Assembly: GCA_038133115.1 (NCBI GenBank)
Contig: JAYPSS010000001.1
Location: 1 to 31,034, forward strand
Direction of reading: 5' to 3'
DNA: 31,034 bases
Source: Flavobacteriaceae bacterium
GTDB lineage: Bacteria > Bacteroidota > Bacteroidia > Flavobacteriales > Flavobacteriaceae
Shown here one piece after another: positions 14,311 to 22,993 of this stretch. The notes under the pieces were generated by a model, which saw only the letters and a list, made by a program, of their open reading frames with translations, did no database searches and was not told the origin of the DNA. Position 1 is the stretch's first letter; every line of letters begins with the position of its first letter. A program made the translations under genes and the position numbers.

Positions 14311-14318
14311 TATCTTTG
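14311..14318 (+). promoter_or_regulatory. Putative -7 element TATCTTTG for dapD
   Basis: Perfect TAnnTTTG followed by CA, 19 nt before the ATG. Confidence 0.7.
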
Positions 14319-14337
14319 CAACAAAATTACGAGAATC

Positions 14338-15153
14338 ATGGAGACACTAAGACCTATCATTGAATCTGCTTGGGAAAATCGAGAATTACTCAAGGAGCCT
14401 GCTACTCAAGAAACTATCAGAAATGTCATTACCGCTATTGACAATGGAGAATTGCGATGTGCAGCACCAGAAGGTGATCAGTGGGTGATTAATGAGTGGG
14501 TTAAAAAGGCCGTGGTTCTATACTTCCCTATTCAGCAAATGGAGGTGTTAGAGGCGGGTATCTTTGAATATCACGACAAGATGCCTCTTAAGCGAGGATA
14601 TAAAGAAAAAGGTATTCGAATTGTACCCAATGCGGTGGTTCGTCACGGGGCTTATGTAGCCTCAGGAACTATCCTTATGCCTAGTTATGTAAATATCGGA
14701 GCTTATGTGGATAGCGGTACTATGGTCGATACATGGGCTACCGTAGGTTCATGTGCACAAATCGGAAAGAACGTTCACCTCAGCGGAGGAGTCGGGATTG
14801 GTGGTGTATTAGAGCCTCTTCAAGCTAGCCCTGTAATCATCGAGGATAATGCCTTTATTGGCTCTAGATGTATTGTAGTTGAAGGAGTTCGAGTAGGAAA
14901 AGAAGCCGTTCTAGGTGCTAATGTTGTACTTACCGCATCGACCAAAATCATTGATGTTACTGGAGATGAGCCCGTGTTTTATCAGGGAGAAGTTCCTGCT
15001 AGAAAGGTGGTAATCCCAGGAACATACACCAAGTCATTTCCTGCCGGAGACTACGGAGTTTCTTGCGCGCTTATTATTGGTGAAAGAAAAGAAAGTACCG
15101 ACAAAAAGACCTCATTGAACGATGCGCTCCGCGAATACGGAGTATCGGTTTAA
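14338..15153 (+). CDS. dapD: 2,3,4,5-tetrahydropyridine-2,6-dicarboxylate N-succinyltransferase
   Basis: NEWVKKAVVLYF, YHDKMPLK, ILMPSYVNIGAYVDSGTMVDTWATVGSCAQIG and GGVLEPLQA hexapeptide repeats. Confidence 0.97.
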   Translation: METLRPIIESAWENRELLKEPATQETIRNVITAIDNGELRCAAPEGDQWVINEWVKKAVVLYFPIQQMEVLEAGIFEYHDKMPLKRGYKEKGIRIVPNAVVRHGAYVASGTILMPSYVNIGAYVDSGTMVDTWATVGSCAQIGKNVHLSGGVGIGGVLEPLQASPVIIEDNAFIGSRCIVVEGVRVGKEAVLGANVVLTASTKIIDVTGDEPVFYQGEVPARKVVIPGTYTKSFPAGDYGVSCALIIGERKESTDKKTSLNDALREYGVSV

Positions 15154-15972
15154 TTAGGAGCGAATCCCAAACGGAGTAAAAGTCGATTTGGAGCGAATCG
15201 TCTCATCTCTTATTGCTCGATTCTTGCGAAGAGACTCTGGGGTCTTGTAACCTCTCTTGTGATCTAAGTGTATACAAATAGCGCTATAACGAATCTGTAT
15301 ACCCTTCACTCCTTTATTCATTAAACGTTCTCCAAGCTCTCGGTCTTGTCCACCGTATTGCATTCGTTCATCGAAACCATTGGCTTCTAATATATCTGAA
15401 AGCCAACCCGAAGCATTGTGTCCATTCCAAGTAGCCTTAGTTGGGGTGATCCAATTTAAAAAATCGGCCAATTTTCCTATGGCAGTTAATTTTAAATTTT
15501 TTCGAGATGAGGGAACGCCATTTTCTTTTAACCATGAAAGGTTGAAACATCTCGAACTGGTGATATCGGCGATTTGAATCGTTTTAGAGGTAGTCATAGG
15601 TAACATAAAATATCCTCCGGATAAAAAATGGCCTGGTTTTCTTCGGTCGTAGTGCACTTGAAGAAAGTCAGGTCGAGGAATACAATCTCCATCAGTCATC
15701 ACTACATAATTACCTCGGCAGGCCTTCAAAGCCTTATTTAATATTCGAGACTTCTGAAATCCGTCGTCCTCTTGCCAGACATGAACAATGGGATAAGTTA
15801 GCTTTTGTGACAAATCATCGATTAGTGACTTGGTTTTTGGGCCAGATCCGTCATCGGCAATAATGAGTTCAAAGTTTTGATACGTTTGAATCTCGAAGCC
15901 CCAAAGTACCTTTTCAAGCCACTCCTCGGCATTATAGGTACTGACAATTACAGAAATTTCTAATGGATTCAT
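15154..15972 (-). CDS. Glycosyltransferase family 2 protein
   Basis: SVIVSTYN, IIADDGS, VWQEDDGFQKSRILN, MTDGDC and GFDERMQYGGQDRE motifs. Confidence 0.9.
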   Translation of the reverse strand: MNPLEISVIVSTYNAEEWLEKVLWGFEIQTYQNFELIIADDGSGPKTKSLIDDLSQKLTYPIVHVWQEDDGFQKSRILNKALKACRGNYVVMTDGDCIPRPDFLQVHYDRRKPGHFLSGGYFMLPMTTSKTIQIADITSSRCFNLSWLKENGVPSSRKNLKLTAIGKLADFLNWITPTKATWNGHNASGWLSDILEANGFDERMQYGGQDRELGERLMNKGVKGIQIRYSAICIHLDHKRGYKTPESLRKNRAIRDETIRSKSTFTPFGIRS

Positions 15973-15978
15973 CGGATG

Positions 15979-15986
15979 TAAAAATA
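15979..15986 (-). promoter_or_regulatory. Putative -7 element TATTTTTA for the GT2 gene
   Basis: One mismatch to consensus, 6 nt before the ATG. Preceded by CTTTCC, as at the sucC promoter. Confidence 0.45.
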
Positions 15987-16016
15987 GGAAAGTCTTTACT
16001 TTGCTTAACCCTAACT

Positions 16017-16832
16017 ATGAAACTAAAAGAATATATTCCATCATCACTACAGAGTTGGAGACTCGGTAAAAAGCCTGTTGATCGATTGTTAGAAGGCAAA
16101 AAGAGGATCCCCTTAGTTGCATCGGTAAAGTCTTTTGAACCGAGATTACACCTAGTGCACCTGGCCATCCGATCGGTATGGAATGATGAAATAGTTCCTC
16201 AGCATACCGTTTTAGTTTTACACCAAAAGCATCGGAAAAGGCTTCCGAATTCAATCAAGGAATTGGAAAATGCAGGGCTTGAGATCGTGTTTGTAGACAG
16301 TGATCGATCCCATTTTAAACTGTTGGGGGCTTTGTCTGTTCATACCACAATACCAGTGGTAACCTTTGATGACGATGTTCTTTATCAAAAGAATTGGTTA
16401 AATACCTTATATCAAACCCATCTTCAATTTCCCGATCAAGTCGTCGCACTACAAACGCGTATCATCAGTCGTTCGGAGAACGGTGATTGGCTTCCTTATA
16501 AGGATTGGCCTACCTCCTATCAAAACCAGAGTTCGTCCGAAGCCACCCTTCCTATCGGTGGTGCAGGGGTTCTTTACCCACCCCATTTCAACACACCCGA
16601 ACTTTCAAATACAGAACTCATAGAGCGATTGTGTCCCAAGGCAGACGATCTATGGTTTAAAACTATGGGGTTATTAAGAAATTTCGAGGTCGTTATGCCA
16701 GAGGTTTTGCCCAACTCAACCTTACCGATTATCGGCAGTCAAACGGTTTCTTTGGGCAAGGAAAATATCAAGGAAGATCGCAACCGATCGCAATGGATTG
16801 ACCTCTACAAACACTTTAATCTGAAAATTTAA
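16017..16832 (+). CDS. Putative GT-A fold glycosyltransferase (uncharacterised family)
   Basis: SVKSFEPRL, VVTFDDDVLY (DxD-type), LPIGGAGVLYPP and KADDLWFK motifs, seen in polysaccharide-locus glycosyltransferases. Start moved to in-frame ATG 16017, since the track start overlaps the divergent GT2. Confidence 0.65.
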   Translation: MKLKEYIPSSLQSWRLGKKPVDRLLEGKKRIPLVASVKSFEPRLHLVHLAIRSVWNDEIVPQHTVLVLHQKHRKRLPNSIKELENAGLEIVFVDSDRSHFKLLGALSVHTTIPVVTFDDDVLYQKNWLNTLYQTHLQFPDQVVALQTRIISRSENGDWLPYKDWPTSYQNQSSSEATLPIGGAGVLYPPHFNTPELSNTELIERLCPKADDLWFKTMGLLRNFEVVMPEVLPNSTLPIIGSQTVSLGKENIKEDRNRSQWIDLYKHFNLKI

Positions 16833-16836
16833 GTGG

Positions 16837-16844
16837 TACCTTTG
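16837..16844 (+). promoter_or_regulatory. Putative -7 element TACCTTTG for the cca-ctaA-ORF3-NAP operon
   Basis: Perfect TAnnTTTG 4 nt after the upstream stop codon. Confidence 0.65.
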
Positions 16845-16910
16845 CATGGCTTTAATCCTTTGTAGAAGCAGGGCAAAAATTAGATTTACAGAATCACACA
16901 ATAAGCTAAT

Positions 16911-18347
16911 TTGGATCAAAAACTCTTACATATTCGCGAAGCAATCATGCATCCTATTTTTAAACAAGTAGGAGAAGTTGCCGATCACCTCGGTGTCGAA
17001 TGCTATGTGGTAGGTGGATTCGTTCGTGATTTTCTGCTAAAAAGGGCTTTGCCCTCTGATATCGATTTTGTCACTGTGGGTAGCGGCATTCAGCTAGCTA
17101 AAGAAGTGGCGAAAAACTTAAAAGGTGAACCCAAAGTCTCAACCTTCAAGACCTACGGCACCGCAATGATTAAATACGATGGACTTGATCTAGAATTTGT
17201 AGGTGCTCGTAAAGAGAGCTATCAGCGTAACTCTAGAAATCCAATCGTAGAAGACGGAAGTCTTGAGGATGATCAAAATCGTAGAGATTTTACCATTAAT
17301 GCAATGGCTATTTGCCTTAACAAGGACCGATTTGGGGAATTGGTCGATCCATTTAAAGGGGTTTCAGATTTAAATGCTAAGTGCATCCGAACACCTCTTG
17401 ATCCTGACATCACATTTAGCGACGATCCTCTTCGCATGATGCGAGGGATTCGTTTTGCTTCTCAACTCAATTTTGAGATTGACTCCCCTACACTAGAATC
17501 GATTAAAAGACAATGTGAACGCATCGACATCATCACCAATGAGCGTATTGTAGTAGAGCTCAATAAGATTCTTCTCAGTGATCAACCTTCTGCTGGATTT
17601 GGCTTACTCAAAGAAACAGGATTACTAGAACGATTAATTCCAGAGGTTACGGCTCTTGAGGGAATCGAAGAAATCGAAGGGAAAAAACACAAAGATAATT
17701 TTTGGCACACCCTCGAAGTGGTGGATAACATGGCTCAATTAAGTTCAGATTTATGGCTTCGTTGGGCAGCCTTATTACATGACATCGGAAAGGCACCAAC
17801 CAAACGATTTGACAAAAAAATCGGATGGACCTTTCACGGGCACGAATTCGTAGGTTCCAAAATGGTTTACCGCCTATTTAAGAGACTGAAAATGACTCTA
17901 GGTGACCCCATGAAAAGAGTTCAAAAACTCGTTCTCATGAGCTCAAGACCTATCGTTATATCCGAAGACTACGTCACTGATTCAGCGGTGCGAAGATTGA
18001 TCTTTGACGCTGGAGAAGACCTAGAAGGACTCATGACTTTGTGTGTTTCAGACATCACCACTAAAAATCCTCGTAAGCAAGACAGATACAAGAGGAATTT
18101 CGAGATCGTAAAAGAGAAAATAAGGGAAGTCGAGGAGCGAGATCGCGTTAGAAATTTTCAACCTCCCGTTAGCGGTGAACTGATTATGAAAACATTCGAC
18201 ATTGGACCCAGTCGCGAAATCGGTTTATTGAAAGAGGCCTTAAAGGAAGCCATATTAGAAGGTGAAATACCCAACGAATTCGAAGCAGCGTACGAACTAA
18301 TGATTAAAAAAGCAGAGCAACTTGGATTAAAACCTGTGAAGCAGTGA
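16911..18347 (+). CDS. cca: CCA tRNA nucleotidyltransferase with HD domain
   Basis: VVGGFVRD, SDIDFV, RRDFTINAM, DDPLRMMRGIRF and LLHDIGK motifs. Start is uncertain (TTG 16911 or ATG 16947). Confidence 0.9.
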   Translation: MDQKLLHIREAIMHPIFKQVGEVADHLGVECYVVGGFVRDFLLKRALPSDIDFVTVGSGIQLAKEVAKNLKGEPKVSTFKTYGTAMIKYDGLDLEFVGARKESYQRNSRNPIVEDGSLEDDQNRRDFTINAMAICLNKDRFGELVDPFKGVSDLNAKCIRTPLDPDITFSDDPLRMMRGIRFASQLNFEIDSPTLESIKRQCERIDIITNERIVVELNKILLSDQPSAGFGLLKETGLLERLIPEVTALEGIEEIEGKKHKDNFWHTLEVVDNMAQLSSDLWLRWAALLHDIGKAPTKRFDKKIGWTFHGHEFVGSKMVYRLFKRLKMTLGDPMKRVQKLVLMSSRPIVISEDYVTDSAVRRLIFDAGEDLEGLMTLCVSDITTKNPRKQDRYKRNFEIVKEKIREVEERDRVRNFQPPVSGELIMKTFDIGPSREIGLLKEALKEAILEGEIPNEFEAAYELMIKKAEQLGLKPVKQ

Positions 18348-19369
18348 ATCGAAATCGAAAACTAGCCATCGCTACCTTAATGATCATTTATTTGGTAATC
18401 GCCGCTGGAGCCATCGTCAGGATGACCGGCAGCGGGATGGGATGCCCTGATTGGCCTAAGTGCTTTGGACACCTTATACCCCCTACCGATGAAGCAGAAC
18501 TTCTATGGCAAGCGAATACTACCTTTGAGCGAGGACAAGTAATTATCAGAGAGAACCACTTAGAAGTAGCCCGCAAAGATTTCAAATCTTCTGAAGTCTA
18601 TGAAGCGTCTAATTGGGAAAATTACGACAAACATGACTACGCTACTTTTAATCCATGGCACACTTGGATCGAGTATATTAATCGACTCCTTGGAGCTTTA
18701 GCAGGGCTAAGCACATTACTACTGTTTTTTAGTAGCTGGTTCACCCGGCCCAAACGAACCGATCTTAGATGGCTTAGTGCCATACTGCTCATTGGAATTT
18801 TGTTTCAAGCATGGCTTGGGGCAACAGTAGTTTACTCAGTACTCAATCCTTTTCGAATCAGCCTACATATGTTTATGGCACTAGTGCTCGTCGCTATACT
18901 TTTCATTTATTATGAAAAAACGGTGGAGCGCAAGCTATTTGGTCAGCCTTCAGTTTTAGGGAAGTACCTGTTAGCGGGTTTCGTTTTAACACTAATACAA
19001 GTTCTTATGGGAACTCAGGTTCGTCAATATGTAGATTCTTCAAAAGAGCAAATAGGGAGTAATTTCTTTAGTCTTCAGGGATCAGAAACCCTTTTATTTT
19101 ACATACATCGCTCGTTTTCTATATTGGTAATTCTGTTTCACCTGTGGATTTACCACCGAATTAGAAAGAATCACTCGAGCTTATTGAAAACTCAGCAAAT
19201 CATCCTTGCGCTAATCGGAATTTCTGTGCTCAGTGGCGTGATCATGTATTATTTTGACTTCCCTTTTTCAACTCAACCTATTCACCTAGTAATTGCTTCT
19301 ATATTATTCGGATTTCAGATCTATATTTGGCTTCGCTCTTACAGAAGTACTAACGAAACTGTTAATTAA
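18344..19369 (+). CDS. ctaA: COX15/CtaA family heme A synthase-like membrane protein
   Basis: GAIVRMTGSGMGCPDWPKC, WIEYINR, SLH, YIHR and PIH motifs across about 8 TM segments. GTGA overlap with cca. Confidence 0.85.
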   Translation: MNRNRKLAIATLMIIYLVIAAGAIVRMTGSGMGCPDWPKCFGHLIPPTDEAELLWQANTTFERGQVIIRENHLEVARKDFKSSEVYEASNWENYDKHDYATFNPWHTWIEYINRLLGALAGLSTLLLFFSSWFTRPKRTDLRWLSAILLIGILFQAWLGATVVYSVLNPFRISLHMFMALVLVAILFIYYEKTVERKLFGQPSVLGKYLLAGFVLTLIQVLMGTQVRQYVDSSKEQIGSNFFSLQGSETLLFYIHRSFSILVILFHLWIYHRIRKNHSSLLKTQQIILALIGISVLSGVIMYYFDFPFSTQPIHLVIASILFGFQIYIWLRSYRSTNETVN

Positions 19370-19377
19370 ACATTGCT

Positions 19378-19920
19378 ATGATCTATAAAATTCGTGCTAT
19401 TCTTGATGATCAAACTGATGTCTTCAGAGATATTGCCATCTCTAGTGAAAGCACTCTTGAAGATTTGCATAATTCGTTGAGTCAAGCATTCGGGTTCGAC
19501 GGAATTGAAATGGCAACCTTTTACGGTTGTGACCAGGAGTGGAATCAAGGTCAAGAATATCCAATCGTCGATTTAGGATTTGAAGATGACACCGTCTTAA
19601 TGAGAGATACTCCAATCAGCAGCATACTCACTACAGATCATCCGAAACTCATCTACATCTATGACTTATTGCAAATGTGGACCTTTTTTGTAGAGCTAGC
19701 CGCAGTAGAAAACGATGAATCATCTATAGATTTACCGCAGCTATTATTCAGTTTCGGAGAACTGCCCTCGGAGGCGCCTGAGAAACAATTTAAAAGTGAG
19801 AAAGGATCTTCAGGGGATGACTTTTATGGAGATTCTGATGAAGATTTCGATGATGAGTTCGGTGATGAATTTGATGATTTTTCTGATTATTCAGACTCAG
19901 ATTACGACGACTACAACTAA
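19378..19920 (+). CDS. Plasmid pRiA4b ORF-3-like (IS1096 passenger TnpR-like) family protein with acidic tail
   Basis: VFRDIAISSESTLEDLHNSL..AFGFDG, YIYDLLQMWTFFVEL family motifs, followed by a D/E/F/Y-rich C-terminus. Confidence 0.72.
   Translation: MIYKIRAILDDQTDVFRDIAISSESTLEDLHNSLSQAFGFDGIEMATFYGCDQEWNQGQEYPIVDLGFEDDTVLMRDTPISSILTTDHPKLIYIYDLLQMWTFFVELAAVENDESSIDLPQLLFSFGELPSEAPEKQFKSEKGSSGDDFYGDSDEDFDDEFGDEFDDFSDYSDSDYDDYN
19816..19917 (+). repeat. Low-complexity imperfect repeats encoding the acidic-aromatic tail DDFYGDSDEDFDDEFGDEFDDFSDYSDSDYDDYN
   Basis: Roughly 12-nt periodic units (TTCGATGATGAG / TTCGGTGATGAA / TTTGATGATTTT) read directly in the sequence. Confidence 0.7.
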
Positions 19921-19922
19921 TT

Positions 19923-20981
19923 ATGTTCAATTTATACAACGCACAATTTCAAGGCCTTGTCTTACACAGGGTCGGTAATAAAAACAGAAATGAACCGCTT
20001 CAACTATCTGCAAGTCCGCTTCGATTAGACGACGAGATTTCAGGTTTGCTTAAAAGCTATTTCTTTACTCCTTTTACACAGAGAGAAGAAAACTATTTCC
20101 ACTTCACCCATGAAGCTGATTTGGAGTTCAACCCTGTTTATAATGCAGCGAAAAGTATTTTCAATAGCCCAGAAACACTGAAAGAACAAAGCGTTGCAAT
20201 AGCCACTCATCTATACGGTCAATCGAATCACCCTCACATCAATAGCGGAGAACTTTATGTAGCTGTCTTTGAAGACGTACTTATCAATAAAGAAAAAGTT
20301 AGCGCCATAGGAATATTTAAAAGCGAGGTTAAGCAAGACTTTTTTGAATTCGATTGGGACCAAGAGAATCTAAACATTTCTGTCCGCAAGGGAATCTCGG
20401 TTCAAAAGCTAGACAAAGGCTGTCTGATTTTCAATACGGGAGAAGAATATGGTTACAAAGTTTTATCGGTCGATCGAAATCGATACGATGCGAAGTACTG
20501 GCCCGAAGACTTTCTATCCATAAGTGCGCTTAAAGACGAGAACTTTCAAACCAAAAATTACCTCAAATTCTGTAAAGACTTTGCCAAAGAGGTGATTTTA
20601 CCTACCGAAGATAAACAACAAGAAGTACTCTTCTTGAATCGTGCAGTGAATCACTTTGCGTCCAGAGATCAGTTTGAGGAATCGCACTTTTTAAATGATG
20701 TATTAGAAAATCCGGAGCTTATTCCCGAGTTTAAAAACTACAAAGTCAATAAGGGTCCTAAATACAGCATCGAAGACGTTTCTGAGTTTCTGATTGCTAA
20801 CAAAGCGGTCAGCGATATCCGTAAGAAATTCAAAAACGAAATCCATCTAGACACTAATATTCATATTAAACTAGATTTTATCAATCCTGAATCGGCTGAA
20901 AAATTTGTAGAAAAGGGATGGGATGAAGAGCGTCAAATGTATTACTATCTCGTTTATTTCAACAGAGAAACTAAAAATTAA
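19923..20981 (+). CDS. Nucleoid-associated protein (YejK/NdpA-like, Bacteroidota type)
   Basis: LVLHRVGNK, HPHINSGELYVA, AIGIFKSE, KLDKGCLIFN, AKYWPEDFL and a C-terminal KGWDEERQMYYY motif. Confidence 0.78.
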   Translation: MFNLYNAQFQGLVLHRVGNKNRNEPLQLSASPLRLDDEISGLLKSYFFTPFTQREENYFHFTHEADLEFNPVYNAAKSIFNSPETLKEQSVAIATHLYGQSNHPHINSGELYVAVFEDVLINKEKVSAIGIFKSEVKQDFFEFDWDQENLNISVRKGISVQKLDKGCLIFNTGEEYGYKVLSVDRNRYDAKYWPEDFLSISALKDENFQTKNYLKFCKDFAKEVILPTEDKQQEVLFLNRAVNHFASRDQFEESHFLNDVLENPELIPEFKNYKVNKGPKYSIEDVSEFLIANKAVSDIRKKFKNEIHLDTNIHIKLDFINPESAEKFVEKGWDEERQMYYYLVYFNRETKN

Positions 20982-22033
20982 AGGGTTTTAAGATCTCGGT
21001 AATTTCGGGTAACAAAATCTAGGGCTGCACTTAAGATTGCTCCCATGTTATTCGCCTTACTAAAGGCTGAGTCTTTAGTTAATTCGAAAATCTGACTCTT
21101 TAAGGTTGTAACGTGTGCATCGGTAGAGAGTGTATCTGTCATCGCCGCACTGAGCAATCGTTTAATTTGCTCTTCTGAACCTAAGGCGCGCTTAGCAATA
21201 AGAGAACGCTCCTCTCGTTTGTATTGATCTACAGAGTCCTTCTTTAAATAGGTTTTGATCAAATCAATCATTTTTTGATTCTCAGGAAAAAATTGAGGAC
21301 GATAGACTTTGAGGTCTCCTTCAAAATTTTGTTGATCAAAATCGATTGCTCGAATTTTATGAATCACACTGTCAAAATCGTGCACAGGGATAACTACATA
21401 ATTATACGAACGCATATCCCCTAATAAACGAATCATACAGCGTTCATTGAACTTGACAAATTCCTTGGCTAGTTGTGCCTTCTGACGGTCACTACACTGC
21501 GGTAAGTATTGCTTTAGAAAAACATCTCCAGGTATTCCTGCGATATGCTCTTCGATCAGCGTATCTCGAGAAACCAAGAAATGTAAATTGTAAGGAGAAA
21601 GTATATGTTCGATCTCAAGACCGTAAACTCGAGAAGCATCCGAGCGCTTCACATAAAAATAGGTGTAGTTGTCATTTAAGATGTTTCGAACCTTGATTCG
21701 AAATGGTTTTGAATTTCCGAAAGTGCAATAATCAATGGCATCTATACTCAAATGTTGAAAAATCTGGTGGCTACCATCAGAATGAAGTGTAGAGTATATC
21801 TGTTTTAAAGCATTGTTAATTTCTTCGCTCTCAGATTCTTCGTAATACACACGAACCCATAAAGTGTCCTCATTTTGAAGGTCATAAACCGTGACTGAGC
21901 CCTGAAAACGCAGTAAATCATCATAGTGGATCGGGAGGTTAACTCTTCGATTATAACGTCTTAAATAGGCCGCAAGTATCGGTGAAATTGGATAACTAGG
22001 CTTCTTTAAAAGCATTTGGGGAGCATCAGACAT
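20978..22033 (-). CDS. Conserved hypothetical protein, candidate atypical (PI3K/PI4K/HipA-like) kinase fold
   Basis: Long clean ORF; start set at ATG 22033. Ordered motifs FYVK, GLEIEH, LIEEHIAG, LGDMRSYNY and RAIDFD. Confidence 0.55.
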   Translation of the reverse strand: MSDAPQMLLKKPSYPISPILAAYLRRYNRRVNLPIHYDDLLRFQGSVTVYDLQNEDTLWVRVYYEESESEEINNALKQIYSTLHSDGSHQIFQHLSIDAIDYCTFGNSKPFRIKVRNILNDNYTYFYVKRSDASRVYGLEIEHILSPYNLHFLVSRDTLIEEHIAGIPGDVFLKQYLPQCSDRQKAQLAKEFVKFNERCMIRLLGDMRSYNYVVIPVHDFDSVIHKIRAIDFDQQNFEGDLKVYRPQFFPENQKMIDLIKTYLKKDSVDQYKREERSLIAKRALGSEEQIKRLLSAAMTDTLSTDAHVTTLKSQIFELTKDSAFSKANNMGAILSAALDFVTRNYRDLKTL

Positions 22034-22102
22034 AACCCGAATGTAACAATTATCAGAAAAAACGGTCATAAATTGGAGATCTATTTTAAAGCCTAACCAT
22101 TC

Positions 22103-22993
22103 ATGTCGAAAATTCTACTCAAAGGAAATCATCTAAGTAAAAATTACGGAAGAGTTAGGGCGGTTACCAATCTGAGCTTTGAAATAAGAAAAGGTTCGGT
22201 TTATGGAATACTAGGACCGAATGGTTCGGGTAAATCTACCACATTGGGGATTGTACTAAATGTAGTGAATGCCAGTGCTGGTAGCTTTGAATGGTTTGAA
22301 GGCGCCCTAAGTACGAAGGAAGCATTAAAGAAAGTCGGAGCGATCATTGAAAGGCCAAACTTCTATCCATATATGAGCGCGAGAGAAAATCTGGAACTCG
22401 TTTGTCTCATTAAAGAAATTCCTAATACTGCAGTAACAAAAGCATTAAAGGAGGTAGGTTTAGCCGATCGATCTGAGGATTTGTTCTCTACCTTTTCTTT
22501 AGGAATGAAACAGCGCTTGGCAATCGCCTCAGCCCTACTCAATGACCCTGAAATATTAATCCTTGATGAACCGACCAATGGCTTAGATCCACAAGGCATT
22601 CATCAAATTAGAGTTCTAATTCAACAAATCGCCTCGAAAGGAACTACTATACTCCTTGCCTCCCATCTACTCGACGAGGTTGAGAAAGTATGTGATCAAG
22701 TGATTATTCTGCAAAAAGGAAAAAGTATTTACAGTGGCTCTGTAGAAGAAATGGGGAAATCAGGAGCCTATTTACTCATTGGTTCCAGTCATACAGAACA
22801 ACTAGCTGAGTCTATTGAAAAGCACCCCGATATAGAAATTTTAGGAAAGGAAGGTGACCTCTTAAAAATCAAAACTAATCATAGCCCTGAAAGCATCAAT
22901 AAGTACTTCTCTGAACAAGGAATTTTCCTAACTCACTTAAGTAGTCACCAAAAAAGACTTGAAGAACTATTCTTAGAAATTACCAACGCCTAA
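22103..22993 (+). CDS. ABC transporter ATP-binding protein (BcrA/multidrug-type)
   Basis: Walker A GPNGSGKST, signature FSLGMKQR, Walker B LILDEPTNGLD, and SH switch. Confidence 0.95.
   Translation: MSKILLKGNHLSKNYGRVRAVTNLSFEIRKGSVYGILGPNGSGKSTTLGIVLNVVNASAGSFEWFEGALSTKEALKKVGAIIERPNFYPYMSARENLELVCLIKEIPNTAVTKALKEVGLADRSEDLFSTFSLGMKQRLAIASALLNDPEILILDEPTNGLDPQGIHQIRVLIQQIASKGTTILLASHLLDEVEKVCDQVIILQKGKSIYSGSVEEMGKSGAYLLIGSSHTEQLAESIEKHPDIEILGKEGDLLKIKTNHSPESINKYFSEQGIFLTHLSSHQKRLEELFLEITNA

Noticed and set aside
19378-19920. Mobile element suggested by the IS1096-passenger/pRiA4b family name
   Set aside because: No transposase, terminal inverted repeats or target duplications; the gene is embedded in a housekeeping operon.
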